IMG/VR virus record: IMGVR_UViG_3300032225_000600 | Coordinates: 1-61,054 of that record | DNA: 61,054 nt | Strand: one strand, 5' to 3' | From: a virus | Taxonomy: Duplodnaviria; Caudoviricetes | Shown here: piece by piece, positions 35,559-45,338 of the stretch | Position numbering within the stretch: the first letter of the stretch is position 1 | Layout: every line of letters begins with the position of its first letter | Made by a program: the position numbers and the translations under genes | The notes under the pieces: generated by a model | What the model was told of the DNA's origin: nothing | Seen by the model: the letters and a program-made list of their open reading frames with translations, nothing else | The model's database searches: none

Positions 35559-36143
35559 ATGGCAAATACAGACGTAATGATCGATTTGGAAACGCTAGAC
35601 GTTCTCCCTACAGCAACTATTCTAACTATCGGTGCTGTTAAGTTTGATCCGTTAGGCAGAGACGTAGAAGAAAAGTCCTGTGAAAAATTCTATGTTCGTG
35701 TGGATGTTGACAGTTGCGATAGATTAGGCGCAACAGTTAGCCAATCAACTTTAGACTGGTGGGCTGGACAATCACAAGAAGCACAGAACGAAGCATTTGA
35801 TCCTAACGAACGAATTTCAATTGAAGATGCAATGACACAGCTCTACAAGTTTTGTTGGGGTGCTAAACGTGTTTGGAGCCACGGTGCTGGCTTTGACGTT
35901 ATCATCCTTGAATGGTATTTCCGTAAAATTGGAAAAGCTATTCCGTGGAGCTTCTGGGAAGTACGTGATACCCGAACTATTTTCGATCTAGGAATTAATC
36001 CTAATCGTCCGCCAGTATTAAAACACCACGCTCTCGAAGATGCTTGGAACCAAGCAGTAGGTGTGCAGAACGTGTTTAATACACTACGCAGTTCTAGCAC
36101 ATTTGATGGAACTATCATCGCCCCATTTTCTAATCAAAGGTAA
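35559..36143 (+). CDS. DEDDh 3'-5' exonuclease (DUF5051/DexA-like)
   Basis: VMIDLETL, GAGFD, RDTRT and HHALEDA motifs. Confidence 0.88.
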   Translation: MANTDVMIDLETLDVLPTATILTIGAVKFDPLGRDVEEKSCEKFYVRVDVDSCDRLGATVSQSTLDWWAGQSQEAQNEAFDPNERISIEDAMTQLYKFCWGAKRVWSHGAGFDVIILEWYFRKIGKAIPWSFWEVRDTRTIFDLGINPNRPPVLKHHALEDAWNQAVGVQNVFNTLRSSSTFDGTIIAPFSNQR

Positions 36144-36147
36144 CACA

Positions 36148-36432
36148 ATGGATTCGCAAACTAAAGAAGTAATGGATATTCTCCAAGAAGAATGTGCTGA
36201 AGTAATTCAAGCGGTAAGTAAAATCAGCCGCTTTGGGCTAGATAATTTTAAGCCCGGGAAGCCTAAAACTAACAGGGAACACCTGGAAGAAGAATTAGGT
36301 GATATGTTGGCTATGATCGATATTCTACAGAGTATGGATATAGTTAGCTACACTAATATTGAGCAGGCACAAGCGGCCAAGATTGAAAAGCTCAAAAAAT
36401 GGTCAAATATTCAGAATTTAGAGAATATCTGA
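36148..36432 (+). CDS. MazG-like NTP pyrophosphohydrolase
   Basis: Start 36148; LQEECAEVIQAVSK...LEEELGD. Confidence 0.85.
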   Translation: MDSQTKEVMDILQEECAEVIQAVSKISRFGLDNFKPGKPKTNREHLEEELGDMLAMIDILQSMDIVSYTNIEQAQAAKIEKLKKWSNIQNLENI

Positions 36433-36518
36433 TATAAATAAAAACGTAAATTGTACCATAAGGGCAATTTATAGAGCATAGTGCTCACAAATTAGATCTT
36501 ACTTTATAAGGAGATATT

Positions 36519-38429
36519 ATGTCTAAGATCATCGGTATTGACCTCGGCACCACCAACTCTTGCGTGGCTGTTATCGAGGCTGGAAAATCCAAAATTATTG
36601 AAAACTCAGAAGGCGCTAGAACTACGCCTAGTATCGTTGCCTATTCAAATGACGAAATACTTGTTGGTGCAAGTGCAAAACGTCAGGCAGTAACGAATCC
36701 TAAAAACACCATCTATGCTGCCAAGCGTTTGATCGGTCGTAAGTTTACAGAAAAAGAAGTACAGAAGGACATCAAGTTGATGCCTTACTCAATCGTCGAA
36801 TCCGACAACGGTGATGCTTGGGTACAGGTTAATGATGACAAACTAGCACCGCCACAAATCAGTGCAGAAGTGCTACGTAAAATGAAAAAGACAGCGGAGG
36901 ATTATCTAGGTGAAACAGTTACTCAAGCGGTTATCACAGTTCCCGCATACTTTAATGACCAACAAAGACAGGCTACAAAGGACGCTGGTAAAATCGCAGG
37001 CCTGGAAGTACTCCGTATTATTAACGAGCCTACTGCGGCAGCTCTTGCTTATGGCGTTGATAAAGCTGATAAAGCTGACAGGAAAATTGCTGTTTACGAT
37101 CTTGGTGGCGGTACATTCGACGTATCGATCATTGAAATCGCGAATGTCGACGGCGACAAACAGATCGAAGTACTAAGCACCAACGGTGACACTTTCTTGG
37201 GTGGTGAAGACTTTGACCAACGTATTATGGATTTCTTAGTTGACGAGTTTAAGAAAGAACAAGGTATCGATCTTAAGACTGATCAACTGGCGCTACAGCG
37301 TTTGAAAGACAGTGCTGAAAAGGCCAAGATTGAATTGTCAAGTTCTGCACAGACAGAAGTTAACCTGCCCTATATCACAGCAGACGCAAGTGGTCCTAAG
37401 CACCTAGTGGTAAAACTTACCCGTAGCAAACTAGAGCAGTTAGTTGATGAGCTAATCCAACGTTCAGTTGGTCCTTGTCAAACTGCTATGAAAGATGCCA
37501 AGGTTACAGCCGCAGATATCGACGAAGTCATCCTAGTTGGTGGTATGACACGTATGCCAAAAGTACAGGAAACTGTTGAAGCACTGTTTGGTAAAGCACC
37601 ACGTAAAGATGTTAACCCAGACGAAGCAGTGGCCGCTGGTGCTGCAATCCAAGGTGATGTACTAGGTGGCGGACGTACAGACGTTCTATTACTAGACGTT
37701 ACTCCATTGAGCCTGGGTATTGAAACAATGGGCGGCGTAATGGCCAAGTTGATTGAGAAGAACACTACGATTCCAACTAAGAAATCACAGACATTCTCGA
37801 CAGCAGAAGACAACCAGCCAGCAGTGGATATCAAAGTGTTCCAAGGCGAACGTGAGCTTGTACAGTACAACAAACTTCTAGGAGAATTCAAACTAGAAGG
37901 TATTGCTCCAGCACCACGCGGTATTCCACAGGTTGAAGTTACACTAGATATCGATGCTAACGGTATTATGAATATCAGTGCTAAGGATAAAAACACTGGC
38001 AAAGAAAACAAGATCACTATCAAATCCGACAGTGGTTTAAGTGAAGAAGAAATTAAGCAGATGATCCGCGAAGCTGAAGAAAATGCAGAAGCTGATAAGC
38101 AGGCACGTGAATTAATCGAAACACGTAACTCAGCAGAAGCTACACTTCATCAGGTTAAAAAGGATCTCGAAGAGTTCAAAGATGAACTTAGCGAAACTGA
38201 AAAAGCAGATATCGACACAGCCATTGCTGCCGTAGAAGAAGCCAAGTCAGGTAATGATGCTGCTAAGATCAAGGAAGAACTTGAAAAGGTTTTTCCAGCA
38301 ATGAAAACGTTGTTGGAGAAAAAACAGGCGAAAGAAGCAGCCGCGGCAGCACAGCCAGAAGCAGCAACTACAACGACTGTTAATGAAGATAATGTAGTCG
38401 ACGCTACTTTTACAGAGAAGAAAGACTAA
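36519..38429 (+). CDS. dnaK: Hsp70 chaperone DnaK
   Basis: [27 protein letters not shown] and [10 protein letters not shown] motifs. Confidence 0.98.
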   Translation: MSKIIGIDLGTTNSCVAVIEAGKSKIIENSEGARTTPSIVAYSNDEILVGASAKRQAVTNPKNTIYAAKRLIGRKFTEKEVQKDIKLMPYSIVESDNGDAWVQVNDDKLAPPQISAEVLRKMKKTAEDYLGETVTQAVITVPAYFNDQQRQATKDAGKIAGLEVLRIINEPTAAALAYGVDKADKADRKIAVYDLGGGTFDVSIIEIANVDGDKQIEVLSTNGDTFLGGEDFDQRIMDFLVDEFKKEQGIDLKTDQLALQRLKDSAEKAKIELSSSAQTEVNLPYITADASGPKHLVVKLTRSKLEQLVDELIQRSVGPCQTAMKDAKVTAADIDEVILVGGMTRMPKVQETVEALFGKAPRKDVNPDEAVAAGAAIQGDVLGGGRTDVLLLDVTPLSLGIETMGGVMAKLIEKNTTIPTKKSQTFSTAEDNQPAVDIKVFQGERELVQYNKLLGEFKLEGIAPAPRGIPQVEVTLDIDANGIMNISAKDKNTGKENKITIKSDSGLSEEEIKQMIREAEENAEADKQARELIETRNSAEATLHQVKKDLEEFKDELSETEKADIDTAIAAVEEAKSGNDAAKIKEELEKVFPAMKTLLEKKQAKEAAAAAQPEAATTTTVNEDNVVDATFTEKKD

Positions 38430-38490
38430 TTATCGAAATTGGGGTACCTTATGGGCCCCATTGATTCTTACTTTATAAGGAGAAAACAAA

Positions 38491-38922
38491 ATGAATCAAC
38501 TACAAAGACTTGACTCGCTCAATAGAGCATTAATTGGATTCGACTCAATGTTTGACACATTAGAGCGCAGATTCCAAAACCAACTGGCCACAAACTATCC
38601 ACCATTTAATGTTGTTAAGTGGTCTGAAGATAGTTACGAAATCCAATTGGCAGTAACTGGTTTCGAAAAAGAAGAAATCGCAGTAGAAGTTGAACAAAGC
38701 CAACTTACTATCCGCGGCGAATCAAAAGTACAAGGCGATGAAGAAACAGTTTATCTACATCGTGGACTTGCTACTCGTGATTTTGAAAAGACATTTACCT
38801 TGGCAGAACATATGGAAGTTAAAGGTGCTGAAATTAAGAACGGTATGTTAATGATTAAAATCATCCGTAACCTTCCAGAGTCAGCCAAGCCACGTGTGAT
38901 TGACATTGTAGAAATTAAGTAA
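38491..38922 (+). CDS. Small heat-shock protein (IbpA/Hsp20)
   Basis: IGFD, NYPPFN, YLHRGLATRDF...F.LAE and NGML motifs. Confidence 0.95.
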   Translation: MNQLQRLDSLNRALIGFDSMFDTLERRFQNQLATNYPPFNVVKWSEDSYEIQLAVTGFEKEEIAVEVEQSQLTIRGESKVQGDEETVYLHRGLATRDFEKTFTLAEHMEVKGAEIKNGMLMIKIIRNLPESAKPRVIDIVEIK

Positions 38923-38970
38923 TATAATATAGGGAAGGGGCAACCTTTCCCTATACCATTTGGAGAGAAA

Positions 38971-39270
38971 ATGACAACAGCAACCGTAATCGAAGAAAAA
39001 GTAGTGGTAGCATTGCAACCACCAAAATTGTGGAAAGTAATCTTCCTCAATGACGAACAAACTCCAATGGAACTTGTAATACAACTTCTCACACAAGTTT
39101 TTAAACATACAGAAACCCGTGCGAAAGAGATCACTTTAGAAATTCATAATACTGGTAGCGGCATCGCTGGAGTTTACCCTTATGAGATTGCCGAACAACG
39201 TGGTGTAGAAGCTACATCAATCGCTCGAGCTAACGGATCGCCTTTACGTATCCAGGTTGAGGAAGAGTGA
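38971..39270 (+). CDS. clpS: Clp protease adaptor ClpS
   Basis: P..WKVIFLNDEQTPMELV; IH..GSGIAGVY.YEIAE. Confidence 0.92.
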   Translation: MTTATVIEEKVVVALQPPKLWKVIFLNDEQTPMELVIQLLTQVFKHTETRAKEITLEIHNTGSGIAGVYPYEIAEQRGVEATSIARANGSPLRIQVEEE

Positions 39271-39280
39271 TATATACGTT

Positions 39281-39844
39281 ATGAGCAATTTAAAAGAACT
39301 TACCAAAGACAGTCATACAAACGCAGAGCGTCAAGAATTCGTTAAAATTCTTTTTTCCGGAACTATTGATCCTAAGCTGTATGCAACCTATTTAAAAAAT
39401 CAACACCCTCAATACGAAATCCTGGAAGTCTGTGCAATGCCAAAAGGCCTGCTAACAGGGCTTCCAGATATTCGTCGAGCTCCAAAGATCCTAGAGGACT
39501 TTAGAGAACTATGGGGTAACGACAGTGATGAAAATCCTAGGCTCTGTCCCGTAACTCACGAATATGTAAAATACATCTTAAGCATCAAGGATCAACCAGA
39601 AAAACTAATGGCACATATCTATGTTCGCCATATGGGCGACCTAGCTGGTGGACAGATGATCGCTAAGAAAGTTCCAGGCAAAGGTCAGTACTATCAATTC
39701 GCCGAACCTGAAGCACTTAAAGTTGCTATTCGCGAACGTCTAACAGACGAGATGGCTGAAGAAGCAAAAGTCTGTTTTGATTTTGCAAAACGCTTTTTCC
39801 AAGAGATGATGGACATCGCTAATGAAGACTTCCCAAAGCAGTAA
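39281..39844 (+). CDS. Heme oxygenase
   Basis: LKELT...H..AE and AHIYVRHMGDLAGGQMI motifs. Confidence 0.92.
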   Translation: MSNLKELTKDSHTNAERQEFVKILFSGTIDPKLYATYLKNQHPQYEILEVCAMPKGLLTGLPDIRRAPKILEDFRELWGNDSDENPRLCPVTHEYVKYILSIKDQPEKLMAHIYVRHMGDLAGGQMIAKKVPGKGQYYQFAEPEALKVAIRERLTDEMAEEAKVCFDFAKRFFQEMMDIANEDFPKQ

Positions 39845-40517
39845 AGTATGGGACACACTGATAGATATACAACATCTATTAGAAGAAAACTTTGATCGTA
39901 CAGGAATAGAGATCAATGAACCAGGTATGGATCGATTTAATCAACCTGGTTGGGTCAATAGAGTTTGGACTAGCTTTAAGTATCGCCGTGCTCACGTTGA
40001 CGTGGTCGATGCTCGTGAAACTAAGGGCTTATGGATGATGCACTGTTGCATCTTTCCACATACACATAATCCAGCACCAATCTACGGCTTTGACGTTATA
40101 GCAGGCCAGAATAAAATTACAGGTTGCTTTCACGATTACTCAAAAGCAGGTGATCCTAATCACCCTATGATGCAATGGTTTCACGATGAAGTCGCTAAAC
40201 TAGAATGGCGCAAAGAACGTGCCCTCCCTGAGTGGGCCACTAATATCTTTAGTGGCAGTATGGTAGCCGCAGGTAATGTACAAGATGAAGCAGAATTACA
40301 GCAGATAACAGATCTTGCTAAAACTACTATTGCTCATTACCTAGACACAGTAGATGAGACCAATAACACAGCAGTTAATACAACCTGGTATCAAAATTAT
40401 TACGCTCAAAATCAAAAGTGTAATCCACACACTCCCCGTGTAATGGTTAGTTTAGGGCTTTCAGAAGAAGATGTTAGGCATTTTATTCAAGAGTGCCTGT
40501 TTCCTGAAATAAAATAA
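39822..40517 (+). CDS. Ferredoxin-dependent bilin reductase (PcyA/PcyX family)
   Basis: RRAH, HCCIFP, PIYGFD, FHDYS, R.LPEWA..IFS and Q..Y..NQK.NPHT motifs. Confidence 0.88.
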   Translation: MKTSQSSKVWDTLIDIQHLLEENFDRTGIEINEPGMDRFNQPGWVNRVWTSFKYRRAHVDVVDARETKGLWMMHCCIFPHTHNPAPIYGFDVIAGQNKITGCFHDYSKAGDPNHPMMQWFHDEVAKLEWRKERALPEWATNIFSGSMVAAGNVQDEAELQQITDLAKTTIAHYLDTVDETNNTAVNTTWYQNYYAQNQKCNPHTPRVMVSLGLSEEDVRHFIQECLFPEIK

Positions 40518-40589
40518 AACCAGCTAGATAAAAATCCGCAGCCTTGGGTAAATACTTAGTAAAAGAGTAATTCCCGGGGGCGATATCGG

Positions 40590-41030
40590 ATGAACAAAAT
40601 AGTATGGTTAGCACTGCTATTTCCTACAATAGCATTTAGCACACCCTTAGATTTCGGCTTTAAAAGCCCGTCATTTAACGGTGTCGGCTACAGTTCTCAC
40701 GTGCTTACCATTGAGAACCAAGAATACACCCGCCAAAACTCAGTTAAAAAAGACATCCAGGCTGCGCTAGACAAAGCCAAAGCGGATGCAGCTAATACAA
40801 ACGTTGCCAAGTTTCTAAACAACTTAGAAAGTCGTATCTACGCACAGATCAGTCAGAACTTAGCTACTGCTATGTTTGCCAACGGCGGCTCGACCAGCGG
40901 CACATTAAATTTTGAAGGTAATACAATATTCTGGAGTAAGGATGGAACGGCCGTGACTATGACAGTTACAGATGTTACGGGTAATCAAACAACAGTAGTA
41001 ATACCACTAAGCCAGTTCCAGTTCCAATAA
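40590..41030 (+). CDS. csgF: Curli assembly protein CsgF-like
   Basis: Signal peptide then L.F.FKSPSFNG; F..NLESRIYAQISQ; terminal VTDVTG..T.V.IP. Confidence 0.85.
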   Translation: MNKIVWLALLFPTIAFSTPLDFGFKSPSFNGVGYSSHVLTIENQEYTRQNSVKKDIQAALDKAKADAANTNVAKFLNNLESRIYAQISQNLATAMFANGGSTSGTLNFEGNTIFWSKDGTAVTMTVTDVTGNQTTVVIPLSQFQFQ

Positions 41031-41031
41031 T

Positions 41032-42249
41032 ATGAAACGGACTCTACTAGCACTTATCGTTATGTTGTTAAATGGATGCGCAGTCATTCAAAGTACCGGA
41101 TTGAGTGAAACAGATCCTACACTAACAACTCAACGTGTCAATGTTAAGAAAGAATTTGATAACATACCTGCACCAGCAAATGGCAAACCTGTCAGTGTGG
41201 CAGTCTATGGATTCACAGATAAGACAGGACAACGCAGACCACAACCAAACGTAGCCAGTTTGAGCACAGCAGTTACACAAGGTGCTGAAACATTTTTAAT
41301 ACAGGCATTACAAAGTGTAGGTAACAGCAAGTGGTTTGAAGTAGTTGAACGTGTAGGTATTGATAATCTGACTAAAGAACGTACTATCATCCGTCAGATG
41401 CGTGAAGCATACGAAGGTAAAGATGCTAAACCATTAATGCCGATGCAGTTTGCCGGTATCATTATGGAAGGCGGCATTGTTGGCTATGATTCAACAACTA
41501 CCAGCGGCGGTGCTGGTATGCGTATATTTGGCATTGGCAAACAAACACAGTGGTCAACAGACACTGTGACCATTAGTCTACGTGCTGTTAGTGTTAACAC
41601 AGGCAAAGTACTAGCAGTAGTCACAGTACAGAAAACAATTTTAAGCACAGCAGACAGTGCGACAGCATTAAAATTCTTTGATCAAGGTACCCAGGCATTT
41701 GAAGCAGAAATGGGATTGACAATTAACGAGCCCGGTACTTACGCAGTCAAGGCTGCAACAGAGATGGCAGTCGTTGAATTGATCAAAGAAGGTGCTAGGA
41801 AAGGCATATGGGATTATAAATCTGAGCCTGCTACTATAGCAGTTGTTCCTCCGCCTGCACCTAAACCAGCACCTGTAATCAGTAGTGAGATTAAGAAAGA
41901 AGTAGAGGAGAAGAAAGATGTCGTGGTACAACCACAGGCTGTACCAGAAGCAGTAATAGAAACCTTACCCCCTGCCCCCGCAGAAGTAAAAGTTGAAGAA
42001 AAGAAAGCGGAAGTGAAAAAGGTAGAAGTACCGAAAGTAGAACCGAGAGCACTTTTTGGAAATCGTAAATTGAAAGAAGATTCATATCTGTATTCAGAGG
42101 CAATAGTTTCGAGTACTAAGAAATGGCAGTTTAAGAAAGGTACGGAAGTTAAGGTCGTACAACCAGGAAGTGAAGGTTGGTTAAAAGTGATAGACAGTGA
42201 ATCAAGAGGCGGATGGATTCGTACAGAGCAGTTGGAAGAAATCAAATAG
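41032..42249 (+). CDS. csgG: Curli secretion channel CsgG-like lipoprotein with C-terminal SH3b-like domain
   Basis: Lipobox LNGC; VAVYGFTDKTGQ; STAVTQG; WFEVVER.G..NL.KER.IIR; EGGIVGYD; NEP. Confidence 0.93.
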   Translation: MKRTLLALIVMLLNGCAVIQSTGLSETDPTLTTQRVNVKKEFDNIPAPANGKPVSVAVYGFTDKTGQRRPQPNVASLSTAVTQGAETFLIQALQSVGNSKWFEVVERVGIDNLTKERTIIRQMREAYEGKDAKPLMPMQFAGIIMEGGIVGYDSTTTSGGAGMRIFGIGKQTQWSTDTVTISLRAVSVNTGKVLAVVTVQKTILSTADSATALKFFDQGTQAFEAEMGLTINEPGTYAVKAATEMAVVELIKEGARKGIWDYKSEPATIAVVPPPAPKPAPVISSEIKKEVEEKKDVVVQPQAVPEAVIETLPPAPAEVKVEEKKAEVKKVEVPKVEPRALFGNRKLKEDSYLYSEAIVSSTKKWQFKKGTEVKVVQPGSEGWLKVIDSESRGGWIRTEQLEEIK

Positions 42250-42250
42250 G

Positions 42251-42307
42251 TGTTGATTTTTTTACACCGAGGGGTGTTGGAATTTTAACACCGTTATAAA
42301 AATAACA
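42251..42307. promoter_or_regulatory. Three tandem (T/C)GTT-N8-(A/T)ACA palindromic boxes
   Basis: TGTT-GATTTTTT-TACA, TGTT-GGAATTTT-AACA and CGTT-ATAAAAAT-AACA. Confidence 0.55.
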
Positions 42308-42457
42308 GCGGAGCATTATGAATTGCCAACCACAGTTAAATATTTTATAACAGAAAGCAGAGAACGCTATTTATTGAGGAAAGAAAAAGAGCAAGAAATC
42401 ATATCAAACAAACGGGAGCGATATTAGGAATTTATTTCCTAATAATGATTAAAAAAA

Positions 42458-43390
42458 ATGGTTAGAAGTATAAAAGGCGGTGGTGAGTTGTCGAGAAAAT
42501 TACTCACAATTCTAGTGATGGCTGCGATGCCCTCGCTGGGCTATGCTGTTGACAATAGTATCTACATCGATCAAACAGGTGATAATGCTGTAATTAATAT
42601 CACACAAGACGGTGGCAGTAATACAGTTAAGGGTATAGTAAATAGTGCGCCTGGAACCCGCGGAGTAGATGCAGCAACTATCGGTGCGAATAACGCAAAT
42701 ATTGCAGTATCTCAAATCGGTTCTGGTAACAGCCTAGCATTAGGTGTAAATGCCACTGTGGCCAGTGGCAAATCTGCAGATATTGTTTATAGTGTAACAG
42801 GACAGGGTTCTATAGGTCTTATTGATGTCAATGCCAGCGGCCAAGGCGGAGCAAGCAATATTACTATCGGTGCTGAACAAACAGGTAATCAATCACGATT
42901 TAGGGCCGATGTACAAGGTAGTGGCAGTACACTAAGCGTTACTACTGCTGGTGCTGGCGATAGTGTAAATTCTACTATGCGTGGTGACAATAACGAATCA
43001 AATGTTACATTCAGCGGTGCTGGTGGCGGCAATATGGCAACACTTGATCAGTCGGGTACCGGTAATAACACTATAGGTATCACTACTAGTGGAACAGGCA
43101 ATCTGTTCAATATCCTACAGGCAGGATATGGTAATACTGCTAGTGTTGGTGGGTATGAAAGTGGTTCAACATTGAGTGGAAATGACAATCAAGTTCAACT
43201 GGTACAGAACGGTGATAACAATACTGCTAATCTAGGAATAACTGGCAGTGCAAACTATGTTGGTATTAATCAAGGTTCAGCAGCTTCAGGACAATCTGCC
43301 AATGTGAAAATTAGCGGTAGTGGTAACAGCGTTAACATTAGCCAAGGTAGTGGTGTACCGTTACTAACATTGCCAACACGTACACCGTAA
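42458..43390 (+). CDS. Curlin-repeat protein (CsgA/CsgB-like)
   Basis: Signal peptide; repeated Q-x-G-x-x-N units (IDQTGDNA, VSQIGSGNS, LVQNGDNN); Gly/Asn/Ser-rich. Confidence 0.8.
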   Translation: MVRSIKGGGELSRKLLTILVMAAMPSLGYAVDNSIYIDQTGDNAVINITQDGGSNTVKGIVNSAPGTRGVDAATIGANNANIAVSQIGSGNSLALGVNATVASGKSADIVYSVTGQGSIGLIDVNASGQGGASNITIGAEQTGNQSRFRADVQGSGSTLSVTTAGAGDSVNSTMRGDNNESNVTFSGAGGGNMATLDQSGTGNNTIGITTSGTGNLFNILQAGYGNTASVGGYESGSTLSGNDNQVQLVQNGDNNTANLGITGSANYVGINQGSAASGQSANVKISGSGNSVNISQGSGVPLLTLPTRTP

Positions 43391-43391
43391 T

Positions 43392-44519
43392 ATGTTTAAG
43401 TCGATAGTGGTTGGTATAACAATGCTGGTTGTATCGCATTGTTACGCCGGTATCGGCACGATAACAGAACAACTAAATGCTCCACCGAGTATCCAACGGA
43501 AAAGTCAAACATTATCTGGCACTAAAGGTACAGGTATGGAAATGAATGACACTGTGCGTACCACACAGGGAAAAGTTGGAATAACATTTGAAGACCAAAC
43601 TCGAGTACAGGTAAACGAAAACTCGAAACTAGTTATTGATGACTTTGTCTATGATGCCAAGAAAGGTTCAGGTAAACTGGCACTGAATATGGCTCTGGGT
43701 ACTGTGCGCTATGCATCAGGACAGATAGCCAAAAATAATCCGCAGAACGTAGGTATTAATACACCTAGTGCTACTGTTAGTGTGCGTGGTACAGACTTTA
43801 CTGCTACTGTAGATGAACTAGGGCGCAGTACATTTATATTGTTGCCAAGTTGTCCAAGTGATCGTTTAACACGAACTGTTAGCGACATTGAAACAAACTG
43901 TAAGACTGGCGAGATTATTGTTGAAAGTGATGCTGGACAGGTGATACTAAATCAACCATTCCAAGCAACCAGGGTAGACAGTCGTAGTACGCCTCCGAGC
44001 CCTCCTGCTATTCTAAAACTCAGCGAAGGGGCTATTAACAATATGTTGATTGTTGCTCCACCTAAAGAAATAAATGATCAAAATCAGAATAAGACTAATA
44101 CCAAACTTGAAATGAAAAATGCGTTGGATATGGACTATCTAAAAGAACAAGGACTAGCTAACGTGTTAGATCAGCAGGAAAAAGAAGTGTACCAAGACAA
44201 ACTAGCACGTAACTTTTTAGATCAAAATTTTCTTGCTAATATACTAGACATTATAGATGCTCAGATGAAGGCACAGTTAAACGTATTAAATACAACTAGC
44301 AATAAGTTACTGCCTGACTATAATGCTATAACGGGTATCGTTGTTGACATACAAGAACCAAAGATTACATTGAGCCGTGATGATGGTAGTAATATAATGA
44401 GTGTTACAGTACCTACAACGCAGAATACCACAATGTATTTTACACAAGGTGCAATGGACACAATTAAGAATCGTGTTAATAGTGGAGGATCAACGGTTAT
44501 TACGTTGATACAAAGATGA
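43392..44519 (+). CDS. Periplasmic FecR-domain protein
   Basis: Signal peptide; D.VRT..G...ITFEDQT...VNENS.L.ID; TPSATVSVRGTDF. Confidence 0.85.
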   Translation: MFKSIVVGITMLVVSHCYAGIGTITEQLNAPPSIQRKSQTLSGTKGTGMEMNDTVRTTQGKVGITFEDQTRVQVNENSKLVIDDFVYDAKKGSGKLALNMALGTVRYASGQIAKNNPQNVGINTPSATVSVRGTDFTATVDELGRSTFILLPSCPSDRLTRTVSDIETNCKTGEIIVESDAGQVILNQPFQATRVDSRSTPPSPPAILKLSEGAINNMLIVAPPKEINDQNQNKTNTKLEMKNALDMDYLKEQGLANVLDQQEKEVYQDKLARNFLDQNFLANILDIIDAQMKAQLNVLNTTSNKLLPDYNAITGIVVDIQEPKITLSRDDGSNIMSVTVPTTQNTTMYFTQGAMDTIKNRVNSGGSTVITLIQR

Positions 44520-44683
44520 TAAGACAATCAACTTATACTTACGTCGAAGCACAAAGACGTAGACAAAAAGAAAAAGAAGAAATAGCTCGTGCCAACTTGA
44601 TCAAAGGTATGATAATTGCTCCGATATATCTATTAGGGTGGTTCCCTATAGTGTGGATAATAGCCAAGGTATTCGGCAAATGA
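44516..44683 (+). CDS. 55-aa single-TM protein (not in ORF track)
   Basis: ATGA overlaps at both ends; ...IIAPIYLLGWFPIVWIIAKVFGK. Confidence 0.65.
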   Translation: MIRQSTYTYVEAQRRRQKEKEEIARANLIKGMIIAPIYLLGWFPIVWIIAKVFGK

Positions 44684-45270
44684 AATTCCTAATTGTTGCG
44701 GCTGTTATATCTATGGCTGGACTTAAATGTTCTAATACAGCATCCGCGGCCGATAATGTTGTCAGCGTAGATCAAATCGGTAGCGGAAATCAAACTACTA
44801 TCGTACAAGACGGCTCGGGCAACAGTGCTGTGATAAATGCCGGTGGGGCAAGTGCTGTAGACTATAATGTGTTTACTATCACTCAACAGGGTAATAATAA
44901 GACAGCCAGCATAGAACTTAAATCCGGAATCAACAATACATTTAATATTCAGCAAGACGGCACAGGTAATCATACTGCGGCTATACAAAATATGATTGGA
45001 TCTGGCAACAATGTTACAGTAACACAACAGGGTGCTGGCAATCATTCTCTTACAGTTACTAATCCAAATAGTGCCACTAATAACGGTAACACTGTATCAG
45101 CTACACAAACGGGCGGTGTTGGCTCTGATAAAACATTTAACTTACAGTTTAACGGCGCAACGGGAGCAGGTGTTACCATCAACCAAACCAATCCAACAAC
45201 TCCAGATCAGGCAGGTATGAATATACAGTGTAATCCGTGCGGATCGGGATGGTCATATACAAAGTTTTAA
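44680..45270 (+). CDS. Second curlin-repeat protein (CsgB-like)
   Basis: Start 44680; signal peptide; VDQIGSGNQ, IVQDGSGNS, IQQDGTGNH and VTQQGAGNH repeats. Confidence 0.82.
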   Translation: MKFLIVAAVISMAGLKCSNTASAADNVVSVDQIGSGNQTTIVQDGSGNSAVINAGGASAVDYNVFTITQQGNNKTASIELKSGINNTFNIQQDGTGNHTAAIQNMIGSGNNVTVTQQGAGNHSLTVTNPNSATNNGNTVSATQTGGVGSDKTFNLQFNGATGAGVTINQTNPTTPDQAGMNIQCNPCGSGWSYTKF

Positions 45271-45302
45271 GATAACACACACCGGTCATAGACTATACAC
45301 AC

Positions 45303-45324
45303 GCCCTCTTCGGAGGGCTTTTTT
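45303..45324 (+). terminator. Intrinsic terminator
   Basis: GCCCTC-TTCG-GAGGGC-TTTTTT. Confidence 0.9.
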
Positions 45325-45338
45325 ACGATAAATATTTT

